Shown here: positions 1 through 9,096 of the stretch, one piece after another
Position numbering within the stretch: position 1 is the first letter of the stretch
How the letters are laid out: every line of letters starts with the position of its first letter
Source of the DNA: a virus
Lineage: Duplodnaviria; Caudoviricetes
Virus record (IMG/VR): IMGVR_UViG_3300021962_000117
Coordinates: 1-59,596 of that record
Strand: one strand, 5' to 3'
DNA: 59,596 bases
Translations under genes and position numbers: made by a program
The notes under the pieces: generated by a model
What the model saw: the letters and a program-made list of their open reading frames with translations, nothing else
What the model was told of the DNA's origin: nothing
The model's database searches: none

Positions 1-1
1 G

Positions 2-2131
2 CACGACTATCGTTTTAATGACAACCAACAGTTCGTTGATATTAATACTCGTTTAGATTTTAAGATTAACGTTCCTACACTTTACTTTGGACGTTTTACT
101 GACCCAGATGCAAGGGCAGCAGATGGAGATAGTTCATCAACACTCAACGTAAGAGGATATGCTGGTGGTGTTCCTGAGACTAATGTAGTTCTTTCAGAGG
201 CACTTGCTTCCAAGTATGCTCTTGGTTTATTCACTGGTGCATCAAACTCTAATACTGGTATCAGTGCTGGTTGGTCAACCGATCCATTAACATACTATGG
301 TGGACAGGATGATGGTGATGGAGACTACACCATTGGTATGGCATTTATGTTCTCTGGTATCAGTGCTGGGGACATCGTAAATATCCAGTATGCTTATATC
401 TTTGGTCCTTCATCCTATGATGCTGCTGCTGGTGCTGTTGCTGCTGGTGCTGGGGGTGCTACATCATCCTCATTCACAGTTACTGATGTAGGATCTGCTT
501 CTGCTCCTACAACATCTGCACCAACAGTTACTGGAACTTCAACCACAGATGTAGTTACAACTTCTTCAACTGATGTGACTAGAACCGTTGAGGAAACTGA
601 TGCTGATGGTAACCCAGTCGTAAAGACTTATACTGATACTGTTACCACCACAACTACAACACCAGTTACAACTACAACCTATTCCGATGGTTCTACTACA
701 ACATCAGAAGGGACACCAACTTCAACATCAGCAGTCACTGGAAGTTCTCTTGGAGCAACAGCAGTTACAAGAACAGTCGTAACTTCATCTGATTCAACTG
801 CAAACACAACAGCAACAAGAACAGTTACGAGAACTGTAACCTCAACTGATGCTGATGGTAATCCAGTTGTTAGAACTTATACCGATACTGTTCTTGATAC
901 TACACCAGTTACTACTACAACAACCACATCAACACCAGTTACTACTGTTTATTATGCAGATGGAACAACAAGTGTTGTTGAGGGGACTTCAACTTCATCT
1001 TCAACTTCTTCTACTGGAACCACAAGTTCTTCCGTAGTTGCAACTTCATTAAATTCCACTGCAGTTACAGCACCTTCTATTGTAACTTCTGATGCACCAA
1101 CCGCAGGTCTTCCTGTTGTTAAGGTAAAACTTACTGAGCACACTGCATCCGAAAATGATGGTGTTCAAAAGATTGCTAGAAAGCATACCACCACAAAAAC
1201 AACTGGTATGACAAAGACAGTTGTAACAACACCAGTTACAACTACAACTGCTGCTGATGGAACTGAGACCGTCACAGAAGGAACTCCCACAACCACCTAT
1301 GAGTTCTGGAATGATGTTAAGATTTCATATGACTATGATTCACTTTATGGTCGCGTAGACCAACACGAAGTTCTTGATAAGATCTCTGGTGGATTACGTG
1401 GTATTCTCAATCACACACCATCCAGCGGTAACGATAAAGTAAGAGTATTCAGCAAGAACTATCTTGGATGGTCTAATGCTGACAATGGATATTATGGCAA
1501 AACCAAAATCTTTGGTGGTGGATTTGAGATTGATGTAAAACCAACTTGGACCGTTGGTGCTCAGTATAATAATATGAGTGTAAACCTTGATGGTTCTGAT
1601 AGCACTTCTAAACTCCGTGCAAATCATTATGGTGTGTTCAGTATGCTTCGTGGTAATACCTTATCACTTCGCACTAATGCTGGACTTGCACAAAATCAAT
1701 ATACAGTTTCCAGAAACGTTGCTGGTATCTTTAAGAATGATAGTGCAACGAATGGTCAAGAGTGGTGGGTAAACAACAGACTTTACTGGCACGCTAATAA
1801 GAACATTACTCCATTTGTTGGTTATACTGTTGGTGGATATCGTAGAGATGGTTTCATCGAAAGCGGTTCTATTCAGTCTGCAAGAAAGGTTGGTGAAGTC
1901 AATAAGACTACTCATACTGGTGAGGCAGGTGTTTCTATTACACATCGTTTCGGTGGTAAGAAGAATAATGACTTTGGTGTTGGTTTAGAGGCATCAGTAA
2001 ATACAAATGCTGATGTTCAAGTTGTTGCTGCTGTTGACTATAAGGAAACATTATTCCTTGAAGGTATCCATCAAATCCAAGATGGAATCAACAACTCAGC
2101 AGTTTCTGCAAAAGTCAAATTTAGGTTCTGA
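2..2131 (+). CDS. Autotransporter-like outer-membrane beta-barrel protein with Thr/Ser-rich stalk (5'-truncated by window edge)
   Basis: Frame is open from position 2 (HDYRFNDNQQF...), upstream of the track's 338 start. Long Thr-rich repeats are followed by ~280 aa of amphipathic beta-strands ending KVKFRF (terminal Phe beta-signal). Confidence 0.75.
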   Translation, partial: HDYRFNDNQQFVDINTRLDFKINVPTLYFGRFTDPDARAADGDSSSTLNVRGYAGGVPETNVVLSEALASKYALGLFTGASNSNTGISAGWSTDPLTYYGGQDDGDGDYTIGMAFMFSGISAGDIVNIQYAYIFGPSSYDAAAGAVAAGAGGATSSSFTVTDVGSASAPTTSAPTVTGTSTTDVVTTSSTDVTRTVEETDADGNPVVKTYTDTVTTTTTTPVTTTTYSDGSTTTSEGTPTSTSAVTGSSLGATAVTRTVVTSSDSTANTTATRTVTRTVTSTDADGNPVVRTYTDTVLDTTPVTTTTTTSTPVTTVYYADGTTSVVEGTSTSSSTSSTGTTSSSVVATSLNSTAVTAPSIVTSDAPTAGLPVVKVKLTEHTASENDGVQKIARKHTTTKTTGMTKTVVTTPVTTTTAADGTETVTEGTPTTTYEFWNDVKISYDYDSLYGRVDQHEVLDKISGGLRGILNHTPSSGNDKVRVFSKNYLGWSNADNGYYGKTKIFGGGFEIDVKPTWTVGAQYNNMSVNLDGSDSTSKLRANHYGVFSMLRGNTLSLRTNAGLAQNQYTVSRNVAGIFKNDSATNGQEWWVNNRLYWHANKNITPFVGYTVGGYRRDGFIESGSIQSARKVGEVNKTTHTGEAGVSITHRFGGKKNNDFGVGLEASVNTNADVQVVAAVDYKETLFLEGIHQIQDGINNSAVSAKVKFRF
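596..892 (+). repeat. Internal coding direct repeat (TDADGNPVV[KR]TYTDTV) in the autotransporter stalk
   Basis: actgatgctgatggtaacccagtcgtaaagacttatactgatactgtt at 596-643 and a near-identical copy at 845-892. Confidence 0.9.
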
Positions 2132-2165
2132 TATTAAGAAAATAATTAAAACCGAATATCCTGAC

Positions 2166-2193
2166 AAAGACTTTCTTCGGAGAGTCTTTTTTT
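2166..2193 (+). terminator. Rho-independent terminator
   Basis: aagactttc-ttcg-gagagtctt hairpin followed by a T-tract. Confidence 0.85.
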
Positions 2194-2219
2194 ATAGATA
2201 TAGTAGTTGCAAATACCTA

Positions 2220-2543
2220 ATGAAATTCTTTTTTGCACTTCTGGCTACACTTTTTCTTGCTGCACCTGCATGGGCGGTAGATATTCAAATGGGATCAAAT
2301 GGAAACTTGATTTTTGATCCAGCAGAGGTTACAATATCCGCAGGAGAAACAGTTCATTTTGTGAATAACATGCTCCCTCCCCATAATGTTATTGTTGAAG
2401 ATCATCCAGAATTATCACACGAAGGTCTTGCTATGTTACCAGGAGAAGATTTTGAGATTGCTTTTCCTGAAGCAGGAGATTATACTTACTGGTGTGCTCC
2501 TCACAAAGGTGCAGGCATGATTGGTACTATCCATGTCTCATAA
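2220..2543 (+). CDS. petE: Plastocyanin (AMG)
   Basis: Signal peptide MKFFFALLATLFLAAPAWA; copper ligands in PHNV and YWCAPHKGAGM. The true start is 2220, not 2007. Confidence 0.95.
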   Translation: MKFFFALLATLFLAAPAWAVDIQMGSNGNLIFDPAEVTISAGETVHFVNNMLPPHNVIVEDHPELSHEGLAMLPGEDFEIAFPEAGDYTYWCAPHKGAGMIGTIHVS

Positions 2544-2655
2544 TCACAACTATGAACCTATGCCTGCCTGGGTTATCTGGGCGGGTGTAGGATTGATGAT
2601 CTTTACAGTCATCATCTTTGTTATATTCACTTTATCTGTAATGTACTTTGGATGA
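2533..2655 (+). CDS. Small single-pass membrane protein (40 aa)
   Basis: Hand translation MSHNHNYEPMPAWVIWAGVGLMIFTVIIFVIFTLSVMYFG; overlaps the petE stop and the next start. Confidence 0.6.
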   Translation: MSHNHNYEPMPAWVIWAGVGLMIFTVIIFVIFTLSVMYFG

Positions 2656-2771
2656 ATCACTTTACCCACTTTACTCACATGATTATCTGTTGTTTCATAG
2701 GCGTTGGAGCGGGAGCTCTTGGCGTCTGGGTTTATCATAAAATCAAAGATAGCAAAGACCATAATCCATGA
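2652..2771 (+). CDS. Small single-pass membrane protein (39 aa)
   Basis: MNHFTHFTHMIICCFIGVGAGALGVWVYHKIKDSKDHNP; ATGA overlaps on both sides. Confidence 0.6.
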   Translation: MNHFTHFTHMIICCFIGVGAGALGVWVYHKIKDSKDHNP

Positions 2772-3436
2772 AATATACACACAATTATATGAAAATTTTT
2801 CTTGATACGGCTGACACTCAAATCATTCATGAGTGCTATAACACTGGACTAATAGATGGTGTTACTACTAATCCAACTCTTATTAAGAAGAGTGGAAGAA
2901 ACCCTGAATCTGTTTACGAAATAATCAAAGATATTGGTATTAAAAATATCAGTATGGAAGTTGTTGGAGATGAGGGAGAAATGTATCGTGAAGGAAAGCG
3001 TCTTTACGAAAAGTTTGGCGCAGTAACTACCATTAAAGTTCCTTGCACAAGACAAGGACTTGCTGTTTGCAAATCTCTTTCGGATCAAAATATCAGAGTT
3101 AACGTTACATTGATTTTCAGCATTGCTCAGGCAGTTTTAGCCGCTAAATCTGGAGCATCTTACGTCAGTCCTTTTGTCGGAAGATTGGATGATCAATCTG
3201 TTGATGGTCTCGATCTTGTCAAAGGAATTTCTGAGATGTATCGTCTTCATAATGTAAAGACGGAAGTTCTTTCTGCATCAATTCGTAGTGTTCATAAAGC
3301 AGTAAGATCTTGGTACAGCGGCGCTGAAATTGTAACTATGCCTCCAGAAGTATTTGATCAAATGTATGATCATATTCTCACTGATAAGGGAATGGAAATT
3401 TTTGAAAGGGATTGGGCAGAAGTTTTTAAACCATAG
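2768..3436 (+). CDS. talC: Transaldolase, TalC/FSA family (AMG); start may be 2789
   Basis: MKIFLDTAD, GVTTNPT, IKVP, VNVTLIFS, YVSPFVGRLDD, ASIR motifs. Confidence 0.97.
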   Translation: MKYTHNYMKIFLDTADTQIIHECYNTGLIDGVTTNPTLIKKSGRNPESVYEIIKDIGIKNISMEVVGDEGEMYREGKRLYEKFGAVTTIKVPCTRQGLAVCKSLSDQNIRVNVTLIFSIAQAVLAAKSGASYVSPFVGRLDDQSVDGLDLVKGISEMYRLHNVKTEVLSASIRSVHKAVRSWYSGAEIVTMPPEVFDQMYDHILTDKGMEIFERDWAEVFKP

Positions 3437-3461
3437 ACTATTCGTTCAATAGCACAAAAAA

Positions 3462-3468
3462 ATAAATA
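3462..3468 (+). promoter_or_regulatory. T4-type late promoter (ATAAATA)
   Basis: Intergenic ATAAATA just upstream of the HNH gene. Confidence 0.55.
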
Positions 3469-3481
3469 ATAGTAGTTGCAG

Positions 3482-3844
3482 ATGCTTATGCAATTACTTC
3501 CCTCCTCAAGAGACTATCTCTTTAATCTACACGCTTTCTCATCATCGGAAGCAAAAAGACTTTGGCGAAGGCACGTAAAGGAAAAATGGGAAGATAAATG
3601 TGCATACTGCGGATCTAGAGACAATATAACAATTGATCATATAGTACCACGAGCTAGAGGTGGATTAGACACGTCACATAACGTTGTGGCGTGTTGTAAA
3701 TCCTGCAATCAATCCAAAGGAATATATGATTGGAAAGAGTGGTTTGAACAACAAGAATTTTTTACAGAACAGAAACTGCATAAATTAGTACATTGGATTG
3801 ACGCACAAAAAAATGAAAAACTTAAACTTCACGGTATACTCTAA
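3482..3844 (+). CDS. HNH endonuclease
   Basis: CAYCG...TIDHIVPRARGG...NVVACCKSCNQSK. Confidence 0.92.
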   Translation: MLMQLLPSSRDYLFNLHAFSSSEAKRLWRRHVKEKWEDKCAYCGSRDNITIDHIVPRARGGLDTSHNVVACCKSCNQSKGIYDWKEWFEQQEFFTEQKLHKLVHWIDAQKNEKLKLHGIL

Positions 3845-4058
3845 AGATGGATGTCCCTATTGCACAAAAGTCTCTAGGGTGCTAGAATTATGTGATCTCA
3901 AACATGTGATTTACAAATTGAACGTTGACTTTGACAAATCTGAGTTTTATCAGAAATTTGGAGTAAATTCTACTTTTCCCCAAGTTCTTTGTGGAGAAGA
4001 ACATTTGGGTGGATGCACGGAAACCATGGAATTTTTGAAAGAGAATAATGTGGTATGA
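3813..4058 (+). CDS. nrdC: Glutaredoxin
   Basis: CPYC active site, TFPQV, LGGC. Confidence 0.92.
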   Translation: MKNLNFTVYSKDGCPYCTKVSRVLELCDLKHVIYKLNVDFDKSEFYQKFGVNSTFPQVLCGEEHLGGCTETMEFLKENNVV

Positions 4059-4414
4059 TGATAATGAATGAAATTTACGACATAGTAGAAAGTGCTATTG
4101 ACGTTGCTTTTTTGGATCAAAAATTTCTTTTGAAATTTTATGATTATTTGAAAGAACGAGATACAAAAAGAACAGAGATACTTGAGTTTATTCAAAGTCC
4201 AACTGCGAAAGAACTCAACGATCTGATTTTCGATCTTGATGAATACATCAAAGGCGGAACTGATAGTGAACACAAACAACTTCGTGAAGGATATGGACAT
4301 ATTCCAAAACCACAAGCAAGAAAAATAAAACAGTATCTCTTCACTATTCTTGAAGATGCCGAGAGGTATAGTAATGACCGAAAACCTGGAAGGAAAAAAA
4401 GAATCGCTAAATAA
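4055..4414 (+). CDS. Hypothetical cyanophage protein
   Basis: 119-aa ORF tightly coupled within the operon. Confidence 0.75.
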   Translation: MMIMNEIYDIVESAIDVAFLDQKFLLKFYDYLKERDTKRTEILEFIQSPTAKELNDLIFDLDEYIKGGTDSEHKQLREGYGHIPKPQARKIKQYLFTILEDAERYSNDRKPGRKKRIAK

Positions 4415-4616
4415 TATCAAAAGCAGTTCTCCTCAGTACATAGACCGAGGTGTAGAACTACTGATTAGAAACAAGAGGAGGAAAAGGGAAAAACCTAAAA
4501 CATTTCAAGTTGGGTTTGAGAAATTTTTCTCCATTTTTTCTAGAGAGATTCATCTCAAATTTAACTTTTTCTTGGATATAAGAAAAAATAACCTCTCTGG
4601 AGAAAAAAGATGTTAG
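4350..4616 (+). CDS. Hypothetical basic protein (start uncertain)
   Basis: Fills the gap between flanking + strand genes. Confidence 0.55.
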   Translation: MKMPRGIVMTENLEGKKESLNNIKSSSPQYIDRGVELLIRNKRRKREKPKTFQVGFEKFFSIFSREIHLKFNFFLDIRKNNLSGEKRC

Positions 4617-4831
4617 CAGTAACTCTCACCATTAGCACACTTGTTTCAATAATGTTCTTTTTTGTTGGAGGTGTGGTAGGATGGTTAGCAAAAGAGCATT
4701 TTTATAATACTCAGCCAGTTTATACTCATCCAGAGATGTTCGATGAAAATGGCAACATTCTTCCTGATGAAATTTTAGCAGTACGATTTGAAAACAATTA
4801 TGACGACTACGAAGAAGAAGACGACGACTAG
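4610..4831 (+). CDS. Hypothetical membrane protein
   Basis: N-terminal TM helix, HPEMFDENG motif, acidic tail. Confidence 0.75.
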   Translation: MLAVTLTISTLVSIMFFFVGGVVGWLAKEHFYNTQPVYTHPEMFDENGNILPDEILAVRFENNYDDYEEEDDD

Positions 4832-5372
4832 TAGCACAACAGCGTCGTTAGAACTCCCAATGAATCCTTTTGTGTATGAAATATTAGAACTTGCATCTAA
4901 ACAACGTTCTAATGCTAAGAAAGTAGAAGTTCTAAAAAAATATGAACATAACTCCCTAAAGTCTATTTTTATTTGGAATTTTGACGATACTGTTATTAGT
5001 ATGCTTCCAGAAGGAGAAGTTCCCTATGGAGATGCACAGGATCAATCTGTTTACAGTGGTACTCTTTCTGAAAATCTTTCAAGAGAATCTAGTGGAGGAG
5101 AATCTGCAACAGGTCAAGATTTAGATGGAAGAGGAAAAACTTCTCTTCGTAGAGAATGGCAAAATCTTTATCATTATGTACAGGGTGGAAATAATGGACT
5201 CTCTACAATTCGTAGAGAAATGATGTTTATTAACCTTTTACGAGGACTTCATCCTAAAGAAGCTGAGTTGCTTTGTTTGGTTAAAGATAAAAATCTTCAG
5301 TCAAAGTATAAAATTTCACATGACAATGTGAAAGAAGCATATCCAGATATTCAATGGGGCGGTCGTTCGTGA
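4800..5372 (+). CDS. Conserved T4-like phage hypothetical protein
   Basis: LPEGEVPY and RREMMFINLLRGLHPKEAE motifs typical of a T4-like conserved protein. Confidence 0.8.
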   Translation: MTTTKKKTTTSSTTASLELPMNPFVYEILELASKQRSNAKKVEVLKKYEHNSLKSIFIWNFDDTVISMLPEGEVPYGDAQDQSVYSGTLSENLSRESSGGESATGQDLDGRGKTSLRREWQNLYHYVQGGNNGLSTIRREMMFINLLRGLHPKEAELLCLVKDKNLQSKYKISHDNVKEAYPDIQWGGRS

Positions 5373-5743
5373 CAGTAGCAACGAAAGAGGAACCCAAAAT
5401 GGATATCCAAAGCAATAGATCAGATTTTGGAATAGAATATACTCCAGGAACATCAAACCCTAAAAAATATTCTTGTGAAATCCTTTTGGAAAAAACAACT
5501 TTAGAGGCAGCTAACGATAGATCATTTCCTAATGATGCGAAATTAATCTGGTATATTGTTGATGGTGTGCAATATATTGATCTGACTAGATGCCAAAAAA
5601 CATCTAAACTTTTTGATATGTACTATGATACATATGGACCTGGTTCTGTACAAAAAATAGATTTTGGGTATGGAAGAGTAAGTCCAAAATTGTGGGGAGC
5701 TAAAGTTTCTTCTGATAAGAAAAAAGGAAAGAGAGAACGATGA
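5369..5743 (+). CDS. Hypothetical protein
   Basis: GTG start overlaps the previous stop; LFDMYYD...IDFGYG motif. Confidence 0.7.
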   Translation: MTVATKEEPKMDIQSNRSDFGIEYTPGTSNPKKYSCEILLEKTTLEAANDRSFPNDAKLIWYIVDGVQYIDLTRCQKTSKLFDMYYDTYGPGSVQKIDFGYGRVSPKLWGAKVSSDKKKGKRER

Positions 5744-5934
5744 GTTATGGATTTGGTGGAGGAGGAAACGCGAAGGTCATTATTGATGACGATGAAGTGG
5801 GAAAACTCCTTAAGAAATATAAAAAGATAAAAAAATATATGAAGAGTTCAGTTTTTCAAGTAAGAACTATGAATGGTACTGAAAGAATGGTACAAGAACT
5901 TATTGATGAATATAACGAGAATCCTTTAGACTAA
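5740..5934 (+). CDS. Hypothetical protein
   Basis: Coupled by overlaps on both sides. Confidence 0.7.
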   Translation: MSYGFGGGGNAKVIIDDDEVGKLLKKYKKIKKYMKSSVFQVRTMNGTERMVQELIDEYNENPLD

Positions 5935-6260
5935 TGGGAAAGCACTATCTTTTAAATCTATATGGATGTTCGTATGAAAGACTGGACAATGAACAGTTTC
6001 TTATTCAACTTTTAGAAACATCTGCTATTTCTAGTGGAGCTAAAGTTCTTCATACGGTATCTCACAAATTTGAACCGCACGGTGTAACCGCGATATGTCT
6101 TCTTTCAGAAAGTCATATTAGTATTCATACTTGGCCTGAAGATGGAAAGGCAGCTGTAGATGTATACACTTGTGGAGAATGTGATCCAAAGATTGGATGT
6201 GATATTATTATCCAACAACTTTCGTCACAAAATCACACACTTAGTTATATTGAACGTTGA
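5934..6260 (+). CDS. speD: S-adenosylmethionine decarboxylase proenzyme (AMG)
   Basis: GKH...FEPHGVT...LSESHISIHTWPE...DVYTCG; ESH autocleavage site. Confidence 0.96.
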   Translation: MGKHYLLNLYGCSYERLDNEQFLIQLLETSAISSGAKVLHTVSHKFEPHGVTAICLLSESHISIHTWPEDGKAAVDVYTCGECDPKIGCDIIIQQLSSQNHTLSYIER

Positions 6261-6285
6261 CATATGCTCAAGTTTGTATTATGAT
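6257..6285 (+). promoter_or_regulatory. Sigma70-like (early) promoter
   Basis: TTGACA-N17-TATGAT. Confidence 0.7.
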
Positions 6286-6308
6286 TTGAAAAAGGTATAT
6301 TTTTTATC

Positions 6309-6551
6309 ATGCACTACAAACCCTATTCACAAGAGTGGCATAGATATCGCTATCTCAAAGAGGCAATCGATAAATACCTAGATGATGGTATTGATCCAAC
6401 CTTTATTATGGATGATATTCGTGATATTCTTCATATTCGTTCGGAATCGGCATATCAAGAATTTTATAGGATTAATCAACTAGAGAACTATCTATCGGAA
6501 GAATCTCATGCTTTCAACTACATACCGCCTGAGGCTAGAGTCGATTTGTAA
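6309..6551 (+). CDS. Hypothetical protein
   Basis: 80-aa ORF directly after the promoter. Confidence 0.7.
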   Translation: MHYKPYSQEWHRYRYLKEAIDKYLDDGIDPTFIMDDIRDILHIRSESAYQEFYRINQLENYLSEESHAFNYIPPEARVDL

Positions 6552-6822
6552 AAAAATCGCAAATAAGGATGAAGTATCTTTAACAGATATGGTTTGGGCA
6601 GAAAAACTTGCTAAGTCATACACAACTGCTAGAGAATGGTTAAACAAAGCTCGTCGTTATGCTGCTCAAGAAATTGAAGAGGGAAGCATGGATGATTTTA
6701 TGAATAGGATGGGACTAGGAGACCCCGACCCATCCAATTATAGAACGGGGTTTAGTGGTGCAGATGAAATCGTCGATTGGTTTAAGCAAGACAAATCAGA
6801 TGATTGGAGACAAAGAGATTGA
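6508..6822 (+). CDS. Conserved hypothetical protein (MLSTxYRLRL...DDWRQRD type)
   Basis: 104-aa ORF with motifs recognisable from cyanophage/cyanobacterial hypotheticals. Confidence 0.75.
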   Translation: MLSTTYRLRLESICKKIANKDEVSLTDMVWAEKLAKSYTTAREWLNKARRYAAQEIEEGSMDDFMNRMGLGDPDPSNYRTGFSGADEIVDWFKQDKSDDWRQRD

Positions 6823-7022
6823 CTTACGAAGAGTTTGTTAATAAAGGATCAGAACATTATATTGAAATGGCTCGCCTTATTGATATTAAACTCAAATATC
6901 GTATGGAATTTACTGATGATGAAAAAGAAATACAAGATCACATCTTAGAATTCCAACATCAAGTAAAACTTGATGAATTAAGAACTAAATTTGAAAAATG
7001 TTTTGACATAGAACAACAATGA
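6804..7022 (+). CDS. Hypothetical protein (start uncertain)
   Basis: ORF track; stop overlaps the next ATG. Confidence 0.65.
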   Translation: METKRLTYEEFVNKGSEHYIEMARLIDIKLKYRMEFTDDEKEIQDHILEFQHQVKLDELRTKFEKCFDIEQQ

Positions 7023-7189
7023 TTACTTTAATTAGTGGATGTATCCTAGCAGGATGCCTGCAAGATGTTCCTTATGTTGTAGGAGATCCTGTTCGTTATT
7101 ATCTAACACCAACAAGAAAAGAACGCATAGACAAATCTCAGTATTCATGCTATGTTAATGGTGAATTTTTCAAGTCCTGTCCACAATGA
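7019..7189 (+). CDS. Small Cys-containing hypothetical protein (56 aa)
   Basis: MITLISGCILAGCLQDVP...CYVNGEFFKSCPQ; ATGA-coupled; below the track cutoff. Confidence 0.6.
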   Translation: MITLISGCILAGCLQDVPYVVGDPVRYYLTPTRKERIDKSQYSCYVNGEFFKSCPQ

Positions 7190-7344
7190 GAGATAAGATT
7201 ATATTGATTCTTCCTTTCTTTCAAGTTATCATTGCACTGGTAACACTTTCTAAGATACCAGAGCCACCGCCACAGTATTTCTGTAAGCAAGCACAGGATA
7301 CTTATGGCAATTATGCAGACTTTATTATTTGTAATCCACAATGA
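7186..7344 (+). CDS. Small membrane-anchored hypothetical protein (52 aa)
   Basis: MRDKIILILPFFQVIIALVTLSKIPEPPPQYFC...IICNPQ; ATGA-coupled. Confidence 0.6.
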   Translation: MRDKIILILPFFQVIIALVTLSKIPEPPPQYFCKQAQDTYGNYADFIICNPQ

Positions 7345-7529
7345 AAGAACTCCTAACACATCATCAGTGGAAGTTAGTTTTCACTGCTGTCCGAAAGTAT
7401 CAACAAAACTATCCTCAGTCAGTTCCTTGCTACAAAGGAATGTATGCGGACTTGAGTTACATTCTTGACGTTCTTCAACCTATTGCATACGCCGAAACTT
7501 ATCATGATACGGACAACACTGAAAGTTGA
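7341..7529 (+). CDS. Hypothetical protein
   Basis: ORF track; ATGA overlap. Confidence 0.65.
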   Translation: MKELLTHHQWKLVFTAVRKYQQNYPQSVPCYKGMYADLSYILDVLQPIAYAETYHDTDNTES

Positions 7530-7650
7530 TGATGATGGAGTCATCACATTTCCTGATGAGTTGATGAAAGAGCTTGGATGGAAGGAAGGTGATGTGCTAG
7601 AATGGATTGACAACCAAGATGGTTCCTTTTCTCTGGTGAAACCCGAATGA
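7504..7650 (+). CDS. AbrB/MazE/SpoVT-family DNA-binding protein
   Basis: KVDDDGVITFPDELMKELGWKEGDVLEW matches the swapped-hairpin AbrB pattern. Confidence 0.8.
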   Translation: MIRTTLKVDDDGVITFPDELMKELGWKEGDVLEWIDNQDGSFSLVKPE

Positions 7651-8132
7651 CTTACGAAGCTACTGTTGAACTTAAGTTTGATGCTACTTGGACTCGCACC
7701 TATACTGGTGGGTTTGGATCTACTATTGATGATGATATGCTCCCCGAAGAGCATTATCTGATCACTGCACCTGCTGCTGATCTAAACTGCCGACAATACT
7801 TCAAACTATTTGAGAAGTTCCTGTTGTGTGTAGGTATGGATCCCGTATCTATTCGCAGTGGTGCTATGTCTCTTGTCTTTAATGATTATGTGAATGAAGC
7901 AGACCAACGTAAGGTATGTGCTGAGTATGAACTGACTATGGATGAAGATCTTCGTAAGAAGTATGAAGAATTCAAGGAAGCAGATGAAGCATGGGCAAAA
8001 CTGAATAAAGGTCCTATGGGCACAGTAATAGATTATTGTGAGATGGATGATAAAGAGAAATGTCGTGAATATAACCTGCGTGAGGCAGAATACTATGACA
8101 AGCGTGCTCAACTGGATTTGAAAACAACATGA
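7647..8132 (+). CDS. Hypothetical protein
   Basis: 161-aa ORF; ATGA-coupled. Confidence 0.75.
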   Translation: MTYEATVELKFDATWTRTYTGGFGSTIDDDMLPEEHYLITAPAADLNCRQYFKLFEKFLLCVGMDPVSIRSGAMSLVFNDYVNEADQRKVCAEYELTMDEDLRKKYEEFKEADEAWAKLNKGPMGTVIDYCEMDDKEKCREYNLREAEYYDKRAQLDLKTT

Positions 8133-8398
8133 AAATTATTCAATTTGGCACACGTCAAGATTACGGCACAGAATATTATATGACTGTGCTTACAACCAGA
8201 CAATATTCCCTACTTCAGGTAGCATTTGACATTGGTGAGTATGGTAATTGGATCGAGTTTCCATATCTTCAAATTTCTATGGGATATGGTAGACTGTTCT
8301 CATTCCTATTCTCTCTTGGTAAGTTGGGATTTACTTTTGATATCGCTGGTCGCAACTGGCGTGATGAATTGTTCTACATTCAATCAGAACAACTATGA
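8129..8398 (+). CDS. Hypothetical protein
   Basis: 89-aa ORF; ATGA-coupled. Confidence 0.7.
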   Translation: MKIIQFGTRQDYGTEYYMTVLTTRQYSLLQVAFDIGEYGNWIEFPYLQISMGYGRLFSFLFSLGKLGFTFDIAGRNWRDELFYIQSEQL

Positions 8399-8721
8399 AC
8401 TGGTTTGAATACTACATCAGACACTGTTGGTTCACTGGTTGGCAAAGCATCAATCATTCTTTCCGCAACTGGGCAGATTTGATGACTGGTAACTGGGCAG
8501 ATTATGGACTCATGTTCTATGATGATCCATATGAAGAATGCCGTGATTGCTTCTGGTCTTATCTGGGAGAAGATGATACTCTACCAAAAGAGTTTTTAGA
8601 AAATCTGTATGAAATGGCAGATCAAATTGAGCGTGGTGAAGTAGAACTTATTCCATATGATGTGAAAGATTTTGAAGAAGACATGGAAACTCTTGAAAAT
8701 TGGATAAAGGACAATGAGTAG
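8395..8721 (+). CDS. Hypothetical protein
   Basis: 108-aa Trp-rich ORF; ATGA-coupled. Confidence 0.7.
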   Translation: MNWFEYYIRHCWFTGWQSINHSFRNWADLMTGNWADYGLMFYDDPYEECRDCFWSYLGEDDTLPKEFLENLYEMADQIERGEVELIPYDVKDFEEDMETLENWIKDNE

Positions 8722-8893
8722 ATTTGTAAAGAACCCAGACGAAATCGTGCTAGAGGATGTTAGAATGTTTCACTACGAAACCATGGAGGAAGGACGTGCT
8801 GTGTGGATTGGTATCTACACCAATGATGGCAAGATCTACCACATGAATATCGGTGGAGACAATCTCAAAGTGTATTACTCAAACGAATCATGA
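8714..8893 (+). CDS. Hypothetical protein (59 aa)
   Basis: Hand translation MSRFVKNPDEIVLEDVRMFHYETMEEGRAVWIGIY...; fills the gap exactly. Confidence 0.7.
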   Translation: MSRFVKNPDEIVLEDVRMFHYETMEEGRAVWIGIYTNDGKIYHMNIGGDNLKVYYSNES

Positions 8894-9096
8894 CTTACGA
8901 CGATCTCTACTGTCATGTGCTAAACTATGTTGCCATGCCGCATACTACCATCACAGAACATGACAAACGCCGTGCATGTCTCATTCTAGGTGCATTTATG
9001 GAGTTTATTATGGATTGTACTGATGCTGGTATTGACCCACGCACACTTGATATGAATGGTATTATCAATGAGAAACTTGATGAGATTGGAGTATGA
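8890..9096 (+). CDS. Hypothetical protein
   Basis: ATGA-coupled ORF. Confidence 0.7.
   Translation: MTYDDLYCHVLNYVAMPHTTITEHDKRRACLILGAFMEFIMDCTDAGIDPRTLDMNGIINEKLDEIGV

Noticed and set aside
2007-2219. N-terminal extension of petE given in the track
   Set aside because: It overlaps the upstream gene and crosses a terminator; the signal peptide begins at 2220.
3482-3844. HNH gene as part of a group I intron
   Set aside because: The flanking talC and glutaredoxin genes are intact; it is a free-standing HNH.
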